Below are positions 53,069-64,000 of a stretch of DNA of 64,000 nucleotides, one piece after another; position 1 is the stretch's first letter, and each line of letters opens with the position of its first letter. The DNA comes from Hormiphora californensis. Lineage: Eukaryota; Animalia; Ctenophora. Below the pieces are notes generated by a model. It saw only the letters and a list, made by a program, of their open reading frames with translations, did no database searches and was not told the origin of the DNA. The stretch lies in NCBI GenBank assembly GCA_020137815.1, contig CM035359.1, positions 2,418,001 to 2,482,000 of the forward strand, in the 5' to 3' direction. A program made the position numbers and the translations under genes.

Positions 53069-54330
53069 CTTTCTTCTTCTTCTGGGAGGGACGCTGGCTA
53101 TTGCGAAGCACTAGCCAGTAAGGGTGGGGCCCTGTGCTCCCGTTCCCCGTCCTGGGTGGTGTGGCGGGTAGGTTGCAGCGGCTTAGGCCCAATGGGAATT
53201 TGGGGAGCTTGTGCCATACCAGGTCACAGGGAAACCTCCCTTTTAAGGGGTGGTTCAGGGGGTGAAGTATATCCATCGCTTCTTATAGACGAAATCGTTT
53301 TTTAAGGGGTTGATGGTGTCTAATTTGTACTGCTGAGGCCCAGCCTGTCAAAGGATTCCTGTCGGAGTTTCCAGAGGGCGGGGCCTTCAGTGAGTTACAT
53401 GCTTATATTGTCTCGTCTTCCATCCCACATGCTGCCACAGGTTGTTGGTCTCGATTCTTTAGTTTTTTCAAGTGGTGTTAGTGGCAGTGCCCTCGTGAGT
53501 AGGTGTCGCCATCATTAGGTCTGATCTATAAGTTTTGAAGAGCGTCTTCATTATCTTTCGGTTCCACATCCATGTTAATATGTTTGGATATGTTGATGGG
53601 GCCGGTTTTAACCTTTTCCCTGAGGGCTGCATAGGCTGCCGCTTTAGGGGAGATTGAGTATGAGAGAACTTCTTCGATTCTGAGCTCCTTTTTTGCAAGA
53701 TGTCTCGCTATCTCGTTTCCATCGTACCCTTGATGGGCCGGGAGCCATCTAATCATTGACATCGTGAAATGGCTAAGGGGTTTCAAGGTTTTTGATAGTT
53801 TTTATTGCGGTTCTTGATCTGCATGTCGTGGACGTCTAGGGTCTTAATTGTCCCTGGCTGTCCACAGTTATGAGTATTCGCTGTATTGCCCGTCCCTTTG
53901 TATAGGAGCTTTGAGCTGTTTTCGGATAGCAAACATTCTGCCGCCGGGTTACTGACATCGGGGCCTAGGTTATGATTTTCTATCTAATCTGTTTCACCGG
54001 AGGGGATGATTATCATGCTTCCTTGCGTTGTCGATTTTTGACCCATCAGTGTGTGCAACTATCGTGTAGTATCTCCTTCCCTCCTCAAACGTCCCCTAGG
54101 TTCCGGTGATATCTAGTATGAGAATTCCCTGTTTAGGGTCAGAGTTCCAGGGTTGTGAGGTCGTGACATACTGCCACTCTGTTTCCAGAGTTCTGAGGTG
54201 AGGACCCGTGATACTCCGACAATTAAGTTGGGCAGTGTACTGGTAAACACTTTTTGGGTGATTTTTAGGTATTGATTTTATTGGCCCTTCCCATTCATTA
54301 CCACGTTGGTTATTGGAATCGTTTGGGCGT
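53069..54330 (-). mobile_element. Degenerate LINE 3' half (RNase H region, 3' UTR, (GAA)n tail)
   Basis: Frameshifted pieces include HTDGS (~54040-54055) and IRWLPAHQGYDGNEIA (RNase H motifs). The 3' end carries a hairpin and (GAA)n at ~53069-53120. Confidence 0.8.
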
Positions 54331-54387
54331 TGCCCGGCCACTATTCATATATTTCTTGATATATGACATATGTATGAGAGGGAACTC

Positions 54388-54867
54388 GGCGCCGCCTTCC
54401 CCTCGGTTATCAGTAGCGTACTATATTTACTTATTATATTTAGAGTACTTAGAGTAGAAATGTGTTAGCTCAGCCCCTGAAGTTGATTAGAGAACCATCT
54501 GTGCACTAGTAACTACATGATTGGGCCTCCTTATTTCATGATTCATTGATAGTAGCTAAGGGAGTGACATGACAGCTACAGACTTGGCTCTAACTCAGTC
54601 TTCTAGTCGCGGCAACTTGTCACAAAGTAGCTGACGAGCGGAGTTACTGTCCGATCTGCATCTCGAGTGTCACGTGACTTTGAGAATGACCAATGGGAGT
54701 GAGGAGTGATATTTACAAGCCTTGATATTAATGACGTGTGCTTGTTATAAATATCTCAACTTTTATCTTTGTGAGCCAGTTCCAACCACGACACCTGAAA
54801 TACTCGTTCTCATCTGGCTCCAACAACGCAAGGTCTACCGCTGTGTACGAGCAGGCTAAAGCCCACA
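54388..54867. repeat. ~500-bp inverted repeat, right arm (partner 51871-52365)
   Basis: Reverse complement of 51871-52365. Confidence 0.92.
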
Positions 54868-54877
54868 AAATGGTGCT

Positions 54878-55933
54878 GTGACCAGGATGATGTTTGGAGC
54901 CGATCAGGAAACGTCACCGTTGAGCATTATTTCCCTTCCGGTTGCCACGCCAAGTACGGCAGAAAAAAATCAACCTACATCATCAATAGCGAACGTCGTC
55001 ACCAGTTCTTCAGGAAGTGGCAATGCTAAGAACAGCAAATCTACGCCTGACAAGAGAACGAGGAAGGAGAGCAGTTCCAGCAAATCCTCATCGTTATCTG
55101 AAGACCACCAGACAGATGAATCCTCATATGTCGACAAGCAAGAACGTTCGAGAGAGGAGAGGATCCACAGGGAGCCCAAGGAAAAGAGGGGCTACGACCG
55201 AGTTGAGGACAGATCAACGAAGAGAATTGCCTCCGCTGAAACTGACCTACGTGACACCGAGGCAGATATCTACAGGACAGAAGGAGAGATACGCCATCTA
55301 ATTGATAAACAGAAACGGTTGTTGAGAAGAAGAACCAGCATCCGGATGGATATCGACCGCCTGATATCAAGACGTCGAGACGAACGAAGAAGAATCCATG
55401 AAGAGCAGAGAAAGAGTGACCGAAGGGCCAGATTTCAACAAACTGCCGCAACTGATGAGATGAGACAGCAGGGAACGAAATCCGTCAGAGAACTCAAGAA
55501 CGAGCTGGCTTCGCTGATCCCCTACGAGGAACCAAAACACGGGCAAAACATCTTACAACTAACGGGAATAGACGTGAGAAGCTTGTCCGCCCACCGTGCT
55601 CCAACACCTGAGTTCATTGGAAAACGCTACAGAGCAGAAGGTTTCTCGCCAACACTACTGCAATGGGATCCGGACATTAGAGAATCGATGAAAACGGGAC
55701 TCCACTACGCAATCAACATGGAACTTACGAGAAAGGTGCTGAACTTCAGTCACATCGACATGTGCTTGAGGAGATTCTTGTTACGTGTTCGGATAACAGT
55801 CACCAGATTCATCAATGCCCAGATCTACAAACAACAACGGTTCGAGAACCTAACTGAGGAGGCGCTCAAAAACCAAGATCCTCTACAACCAAAAGGCAAG
55901 AGGCTTATGAAGAAGATTGCTTTTTGGTCTTGA
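54878..55933 (+). CDS. Uncharacterised 351-aa ORF (Ser-rich region, then Arg/Glu-rich coiled coil); possibly a transposon ORF1/gag-like protein
   Basis: Long stop-free intronless ORF (first ATG at 54887), followed by a 115-aa ORF at 55981-56328. No family was recognised. Confidence 0.55.
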   Translation: MTRMMFGADQETSPLSIISLPVATPSTAEKNQPTSSIANVVTSSSGSGNAKNSKSTPDKRTRKESSSSKSSSLSEDHQTDESSYVDKQERSREERIHREPKEKRGYDRVEDRSTKRIASAETDLRDTEADIYRTEGEIRHLIDKQKRLLRRRTSIRMDIDRLISRRRDERRRIHEEQRKSDRRARFQQTAATDEMRQQGTKSVRELKNELASLIPYEEPKHGQNILQLTGIDVRSLSAHRAPTPEFIGKRYRAEGFSPTLLQWDPDIRESMKTGLHYAINMELTRKVLNFSHIDMCLRRFLLRVRITVTRFINAQIYKQQRFENLTEEALKNQDPLQPKGKRLMKKIAFWS

Positions 55934-58149
55934 CCAAACTCCGGTAACTGAGAGATCCTGTCGAGGTAGGCGTACCTATCATGATGGAAGATGAAGAGCT
56001 AAGGAACCAACACATCCTCTATGGCCGAACACTACAAAAAGTTACTGATACCGCTTTGACGATCATAGAATCATCGGCACCTACCAGTATATATTCGGCA
56101 GAGATAAGTTCGTCCGTCCGTGCGTCCTCTGAACACTCAGCCGTGTCTCTCTCGGACATTGAACCGGTGCCTACTGTGTCTCCTTCGGACACTGAAATAC
56201 TGAAATACCGTATCTCCCTTGTAGTCGAAAGATCTAATGCAATATCTGCTCAGGAAGGCAGACAGAGTCAGAAGAAACCGGCGTGTACCCGACCGCGAAA
56301 AATGAGCCTGCCTTCAACGCTGTCATAGAAGAACCCTTCTGTCACTCCCCGCGTCCTCACTATGAGCTGTGTTGTGGAAACGATTCCTCACTAGCGAAGG
56401 AGATATGCCAGCGTGACTCATCTGCATCTGTAGTTTTGTATGCCTCCATGCGTGTTTGAAGACTCTATGATTTGTGTGTAGATAACTTTATTCCTCGTCG
56501 CTAGACAGTTGCCCTGCTCCGGTTCCAATGCCTTTTGCACTTGCCAGCAGCGACGCTTTAATTAACTAGTGTTATTCATGCCGTGGTATGTGGCGAGAGA
56601 CTGTGTGTACTGAGAATGTATCGGTCTGTTGCCCATGTGAGCTGCGACTGTGAGATTGCCAAATGCCAGTGTGAGTCACCTGTGACTGTACGTGTATCCC
56701 CGCAAATCTAGTGAACTATTATCAAACGTGCAGTGAGTTATCAAGTGAGTTATGCCTCTTGCGGTGGAGCAAGTTCTGTGAGTAAAGTCGCCATGTGCCA
56801 TTTATCAGTGTGATGCATAAGAAGATTGGGAAATTGTGAAGTCCGTTTCCTGAGTTGGTTGGAATAAGTTAGAGAGATATCTGGACCACTTTAGGAAAGG
56901 GCTAATAACGAATATATGAAAGTACAATGTGAGCTGGATTGTAAATAAGGGATGAAGAATAGTATGTGCATCTCGAAAGTGGATGAATTATGGAATGCTC
57001 GTAGGGACTTTTAAGTTTGAACGTCTCGTGTGACGTTGCAGATGCCTGTTCTCGTAGTGCAGAGGCATGTTTTTTCCCTAGACGTCAGGATTATGACGCA
57101 TGCGGGTGCCGGTTGTGTTGATGGACAAAACGTGAAAAAGGTAGTCAACCCCTGCCTTGGACATGTTCGTCTGTTTCTGCTGTTTGTTCGAGAAATTGAC
57201 TGGTCATCGATTGCCATTGAACCATTAATCAGTCCTGACAGCTGTGTGTGGTGAAACATAAAACAGCTACCTCAAGCCAAGGGTTTTTTTCTTGACACTC
57301 CAGCATATATGTGATTTGTTATGGTGATTGTATGTTGCACAGTGTCACAAACGGTGAGTGAGATTGGAGCGATTGTGACTGTATTTGATGCAACTGTGAG
57401 TTGTGCTACATTTGCAAGGCCTTTTGGATCTTCCCTGAGAGAAGCGATCTCATTTGGGAAGAGTGGAGAGTTATGTGCGGAATGAACCTTACTCAAGTGG
57501 TGGAATCGGCAGTGTGCCATGTTGTACCTGTGTTGAATTGCAAGTGCGAGGAAAAAGGTGTGATGTGAGTTCGTGTGATGCAAATGTCTGCACACATCAT
57601 CGGAACCCCCCGGTGAAACCGGTGCATACTTCTTGCAGATTTTAAAATAAAATGAGTAAGTCATACTGTAGTAGTTACGTTTTGAGTTACGTATCTGGTG
57701 ATGGCATTCTGGACTATTTTGATGATGTAGCTCCGCCTATCCTGTCCTGGGCTCAACGCTGAACGGGTAGAAGGCAAGTACTGCCATATCCGACGAGTAG
57801 CAGGTTGTCGAAACAGTTACGCGATAAGGACGACACAACCGAAGCAATCTGAACAGGATTACCACCTAAAAACTCCAGTTTGTGAAGAGGAGGTGACTCT
57901 TGACTGGCTTATGTTTCAGCAACTGGACGAACCCCTCCTCCACCAGAAGAAGTTCTCCCTACTACCGTGCACAAAGGGCTGTTGACTTCCTTGATGACAC
58001 TACATAGTACTTAGCAAGTGCGGCCCACCTAGTCAAGAACGTACTACCAACATGTGCCCCTCCGATATTGGATCCAGCTGCGATACGATACCCCTGTAAC
58101 GAATGCCCTACATGTTTCGCCTCGCCGTGCCCCGTTACAGTGTGTGAAA

Positions 58150-58468
58150 GAAGATTGTGTCTCCTTCGACAACCCTGAAGAAGAAAGGTGTCTTCTTTGG
58201 ACACCCTGAAGAAGATAGTGTCTCCTTTGGACACCCTGAAGAAGATAGTGTCTCCTCTGGACACCCTGAGAAGATAGTGTCTTCTTTGGACACCCTGAAG
58301 AAGATAGTGTCTTCTTCGGACACCCTGAAGAAGAAGGTGTCTCCTTTGGACACCCTGAAGAAGATAGTGTCTTCTTTGGACACCCTGAAGAAGATTGTGT
58401 CTCCTTTGGACACCTGAAGAGATAGTGTCTTCTTTGGACACCTTAAGAAGATGTGTCTCCTTGGACAC
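58150..58468. repeat. 30-bp tandem repeat (~10 copies)
   Basis: Unit GGACACCCTGAAGAAGATAGTGTCTCCTTT. Confidence 0.92.
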
Positions 58469-59159
58469 CATCGATCTAGTGTTTGGATTTTATCTAATAG
58501 ATAATGATTTTTTGATTTCAGGACAATGATTGAGTGTGTGAGAAAGACTCCTTTTTTTCCTATCTCTTTTTTCTTGGAGAGAGGGGAGATGTGCGTGCGG
58601 CCACTATTCATTATTATTTCTTGATATATGACATCATGTATGAGAGGTTTTACTAATTTGAGATAGGGAAAGAGACGGTGAAATAGGGATAATGGTATGT
58701 TTGTGTATTCTGGGGTAGAGTGACGGTGAGGTTTATTCTCATACTATGAAATGGACGTTATAAAACACACAGAAAAGACAAGTTGGTTGGAAAGTTGTTA
58801 TCTTGAATTTGATTAAAAATGTGGAACATTTTGTTGAGTAACAAGGAACACTAAAAACATTCACACGTGGCATCATTATTCCTGATCGTCATATTATATT
58901 ATCATTCAGCAAAATACACGTCCCACTCAAAAAACACAATGATCTCGTTGCGAGTCAGTTTCCAAAGCCACTATGTATTATAATATATAATATATATATA
59001 TAATATAATATTATAATAATATTATAATATATATATTATAGGGTCAGGAGTAAGTAGACCTGTAAAACAGACCTGTAAAACACAGATCATGGGGTGACTG
59101 GCAGCAGACCGGTATCATGATATGGGAGTAGATCCAACTTCAGTCCAGCGTCATGAGAT

Positions 59160-60453
59160 CTACTTGATGTAGCTGGAGATGGTTGTAGTTAGGATATGGA
59201 TGGCCTCATCCAACTGCTCATCATTAATACAAATGGGCGGTGTCAGCCTCACAATATCACCATGGGTAGGTTTAGCTAGCAAGCCCGCATCCCTCAACTT
59301 TAAACACACATCCCAAGCGTTGAAGTGCTCTGTTTCCCTGATCACAACACCAGTAAACAATCCCCGTCCCCGGACCGTCCTCACCACCTCCTCGGGCAGT
59401 TTCTTCAACTCAGCCATCAACTTGTCTCCCTGTCTCAGGGAGTTCTCGTATAACCCCTCGTTCTCTAGCACATCCATGGCCGTCATTGCCACTTTACATG
59501 CCAGGGGGTTGCCACCGTAGGTACTACCGTGTTCTCCGGGTCGGATACACAGCATAACTTCGTCACTTGTCATGACAGCCGAGACAGGGAGAACACCCCC
59601 CGAGAGAGCTTTCCCGAGGGTGACCATGTCAGGTTTCACTCCCTCCCAATCAGTAGCACACCGTTTCCCCGTCCTGCCCAACCCACTTTGAACCTCATCA
59701 GCTACCCAAAGTACATTGTACTTGTCGCACAACTCCCGGACACCCTTTAGGTAACCCATATCGGGGACTATCACCCCGGCTTCACCCTGAATGGGTTCCG
59801 CCATGTACGCACACACGTTGGGATCTTGTAGAGCTGCCTCCAAAGCGGCCAGATCGTTGTATTTGATCAGCTCAAAACCGGGTGTGAAGGGCCCAAAGTT
59901 GGTATAACAGTCAGGATCGGAGGATGATGAACACGCGGCAATGGTCCGGCCCCAGAAGTTGTTCTCCGCGAATAACACCTTGGCCTGGTTTTCAGGGACA
60001 CCCTTTACCATGTACCCCCACTTCCGGCATAGCTTCACCGCCGTTTCACACGCCTCTACCCCCGTGTTCATGGGGAGAAGCTTATCAAAACCGAAGAGTG
60101 ACGTCATGAATTCCTCATACTCTCCCAGGACATTGTTGTAAAACGCTCGTGACGTCAGAGTTAAGATGGGAGCCTGTTCGATCAGAGTTTCCACGATTCT
60201 GGGGATGGCAGTGACCCTGGTTGACGGCCGAGTAAGCTGCCAAGAAGTCGTAGTATTTCTTACCGTCTGTGTCCCATACATTCACTCCTTTGGCCTTTGC
60301 TAAGGCCACGGGAAGGGGTGAGTAGTTGTGGGCGCCGTATTTGGATTCCCGATCAAACAGGGCCTGTTGGGCGGGGGATGGAGCCGGACCTGAGCCCATG
60401 GACCGGGCCGGGAGGAGGAGGGAGGAGGTGGGCTTGAGAAGGTTCCGGTACAT
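59160..60453 (-). CDS. OAT: Ornithine aminotransferase, mitochondrial (intronless; one apparent frameshift at ~60201-60204)
   Basis: The ATG at 60453 begins [18 protein letters not shown] (presequence-like). It continues [11 protein letters not shown] and [16 protein letters not shown], then shifts frame to [53 protein letters not shown] (PLP lysine) and [11 protein letters not shown]. Confidence 0.95.
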
Positions 60454-62296
60454 GGCTATAATGGGAGAGCGATGGGTGTCAGTAAAAATCAAATCACATG
60501 AACAGCGGAATAAATGTGCCGAAATCGATACAAACGAACTTGAAACTGCCGTACACTGATGTCATAATATATCCGAAATATTCGGTGGTCGAAACAAAAT
60601 CAATAAAAGGAATGAACCCGGATGACACCTGTCAGGCCAATGCTCTGACCACAGTTCTCGCGCGCTCCGCGTGCAGAACAGGGTCAGGAGCCATTTGCAA
60701 ATGACGTCACGTTAGTGATCTCTGGGGATCAAAAGGGACGCGCAAATAGACGAACGCGCTTTTAAAACAGTAGCGCCGCGCCTGTATTGAACCCACTATC
60801 GAGAAATGTTGTCAGAAAAGTTGTCGGAACGTTTCAAAAAACTTTCCGAAAACAATCGACAAGAGAAAAAGTGGAGAGACGTCCGAACAACGATACCCAA
60901 AAAGCGTTGCAGTTTACATGATCATTGTTTGCGGTCTTCGTTTTGTTTCATGCTATGAATCATACTGTCCCATTGCATTTGCATTTAAAAACTCAGATGA
61001 TGCTAGGATGAAGCAGGTGGACCACTATACTATATGGTGGGAATGTGATCAATTGATCAGCTAGCGACACTGAGTGGGCAGGGCAGTCTGAAAAGCTCTA
61101 TTATCACTAGCTGAAGCTCTATTGATGAACAAAGAATGGTGCTGAGATCAGTGGGTTCAATACAGCAGTATTGTCAAAAAACTAATAGCAATTGTAAGCT
61201 AGAAATCTCGGAAAAGCTAAAGCAGTGCACACGAACTAAACCTAAACCAAAGAAAGATGCAATCGCTTGGATATGTATTATATTATGTGCGTTGTGCAAT
61301 GTGCAGTGATTGAATTACTGATTAATCAATTAGAGATTTCAATTGGAATCATGATTCCAGATGCAATTTCTAATTGGGAGTCAATCAGTCCTACTCGGGT
61401 GACAGTGTGCTGCTTACTGCTCCATACCACACATACCTCTTTTTAATTGGGTACTCAGATCATCTTGAGAGTTGAGACGGGGTATTGAGTGAAATTAGAA
61501 TGAGGCTGATGGAAACACGAGGACCTGGATATGATGTGTTATAGTGCAGCATATAATAATACTGAATTCAACTTTGTTGCGAGGAATTCACTCACTGCCT
61601 TACCAAGCTGAATCGGTTCAAATAGTGAGTATGAGGGGAGAAGTAAAGGGAAAAGGAGGGAGAGTGAAAGAAGAAATGAAGGAATAGTAGGGAGGGTTAG
61701 CCAAGAAGGAAAATGGAGGGAGGGTGAAGACAGGCATGTATAAGGGGGCGTGGGGGCCTTGTACAGTCATTGAATAGGTACCACTCCCTCACACTGGCTG
61801 TCGCTAGGCTTCTTGGCTCTCGTTAATCTTGCAAGCATGAGAACGGCTTCGGTTATCGGGGTACACCTTTTCTATCCCCCTTGTGAGAGAATATATATAC
61901 ATCGATCATCTTATCTCTAGCTCTCTCTATATGATCTCTCTATCTCCTCTCTCTCTCTTCTCTTCTCTCTCTCTCTCTCTCTCTCTCTCCATCTCTCTCC
62001 ATCTCACTCCATCTCTCTCTGCTCCGTGATAGGAGGGCCATTTGTGCCATATACATTATACAGTGTAGTACTTCAGGGCAAGGGGAGGTAGTTTTGCTGC
62101 CTTCTCCTTCACTCTTCTCAGGACTATTTCGATATTTTCACAACTATTTTCGCTACATAGTAGTAATTCATGGTTTTTTTCCACTTCTGACTTCACACCG
62201 TAGAAGCTCCATGGTCCTATGTTGGATTATAGATAGGATAGGGGATAAAATATAGGATACAGGTTGGATTTTAGAATAGAAGGAAGGATAGGGGAC

Positions 62297-62363
<67 letters not shown>

Positions 62364-63698
62364 AGATGAGAGAAAAGGGGGTGAGAGCCAGGAGACGCAT
62401 AGATCGTGAACTGCCCATCGCGTTACGATCCGACTGACGATTTCTCCACCAGAGTACGAGACCTGATCTCGGAAGAGCGATATCAGCAGAAGAGCTATCA
62501 ACTAAGAGAAGAGAAAGATGTAGATAATCTGTAGAGTCATACTGATGAATCGAAGATGAGGAGGAAGAACGATTAAGAAAGCATAGGCACATAAACGAGG
62601 AGGAAAAAGGAGAGAGCAGGAGGAGAAGAGAGAGAGGAGGACGCAGAGAGAGAGAGAGGAGGAGAGAGAGAGAGAGCGAGAGAGCGGAGAGGAGAGAGAA
62701 GCAGGCAGAGATGAGACAGGAGAGAGAGAGAAAGAGCGAGAGGCGAAGGAGGAGAGAGCGAGAGAGGTAGGGAGAGAGAGAGAGCGAGAGGATAGAAGAG
62801 AGAGCGGAGAGATGAGGGAGAGGAATATGAGAGAGAGAGAGCTAGATGAGAGCTAGCCATAGCATTCCGCATCTAACCTCGAGCTCTACTCTGCCTCTAC
62901 AGTCTCTCTCTGCTATTCTCTCTCTCTCTAGTAATCTCTCTCGCTCTATCTCATCTCTCTCTCGGCTACTCATATCTTTCTATCTCTCTCCATGTTTCTT
63001 ATATCTTTCCATCTTTCATTTTCAAGAAATCTCTCCCGGTTGTTTCATTCAGTGTATCCACGGATATATATATAATATATCATGAACAGAACCCATATTA
63101 CGGACATGTGTATAACTTGAGCATTCACATTAATCAGTAATTAAGTAAGTAAATAGACATGAAGAGAGATGAAACACTAAAAAACCAGGGGGTTAGGTAG
63201 AGATATATCATGTCATCACTCTCGCCCCTCCTCCCCCTACACACACATGGTTGTTCCGACCTGCAGTAAGGCGCGAAGATTGACCAGTGAACACATGAGC
63301 GCTGGAAGAATTCTCTTCTAAACTCTCTAATTGGCGTTTACGCGTTAGGCTACACGCATACACGTGATATGTCACGAGGTCAAATTATCTCCCCTTCACA
63401 CCAAATAGCCCCTGACCCTTATTTGAAAGAAATGAGAATAGGGTCAGGCCAATGCTCTGACAGGATGACACCAAATAAAACCAAGAACTTGTGATCCTTT
63501 CCCACTAACTGATAGAATTGAAAAGAGAGGGTACAGCATTCTAAGCAAAATACACACATTTGATGACGTAGAAGGAGGAAATCCCTTCAAGGAATTATAG
63601 AGGGCGACGTATTTTAATCAGATTATGACGTGTAGGTAATGATACTGCGATGAATATGCAGTGCAGTATAATGGGAGGGGTGGAGAGAGAGAGAGAGA

Positions 63699-63776
<78 letters not shown>

Positions 63777-64000
63777 GTGAGAGAACAAAATCACGTTATC
63801 AGGCTCTAGCAGGATGACGACACAACTTCATCTACAGCTAGCTGCAGGACAGGAAAAAGATAAGGCCAAACTGAAGAGGAAGCCATTTCTAACAACGGAG
63901 ATTAGAAAATCTCTGAAGCCGTCGACATAAAAACCCGGAGAATATACACCATCCCCTCGCAAAGAACCAAACTAAACACAGACATGTACAAACAAATGGA

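Noticed and set aside
57962-58611. Repetitive ORFs of 158 and 169 aa
   Set aside because: They are open only because of the 30-bp minisatellite.
62056-62216. Possible terminal exon on the minus strand (tag|GPWSFYGVKSEVEK...LKYYTV-stop)
   Set aside because: It is short, no homology was recognised and no linked exons could be established.

Overview
Eukaryotic, intron-rich, (GA)n-rich draft genomic DNA. It is almost certainly from a ctenophore, probably Pleurobrachia-like; this is inferred from the innexin sequences and repeat families. The left 26 kb holds a tandem cluster of three minus-strand innexin (gap-junction) genes, reconstructed here exon by exon. They resemble the ctenophore INXB-INXC-INXD cluster. 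The main discovery is in the left-most innexin (3486-10067), which carries three tandem paralogous exons (9240-9365, 8706-8831, 8381-8506). Each is exactly 126 nt, phase 1-1 and bounded by AG/GT, and each encodes a different version of the first extracellular (docking) loop. This architecture suggests mutually exclusive, Dscam-like splicing of a gap-junction recognition surface. Further right are an intronless FAM166/CIMIP2-like gene and an intronless ornithine aminotransferase with one frameshift. Also present are scrambled CFAP61-like exons and a split LINE, both repaired by flipping one ~2 kb segment between ~500-bp inverted repeats, and an unclassified direct-repeat-bounded element with a 351-aa ORF. 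MITEs, minisatellites and several homopolymer-corrupted low-quality stretches are scattered throughout.
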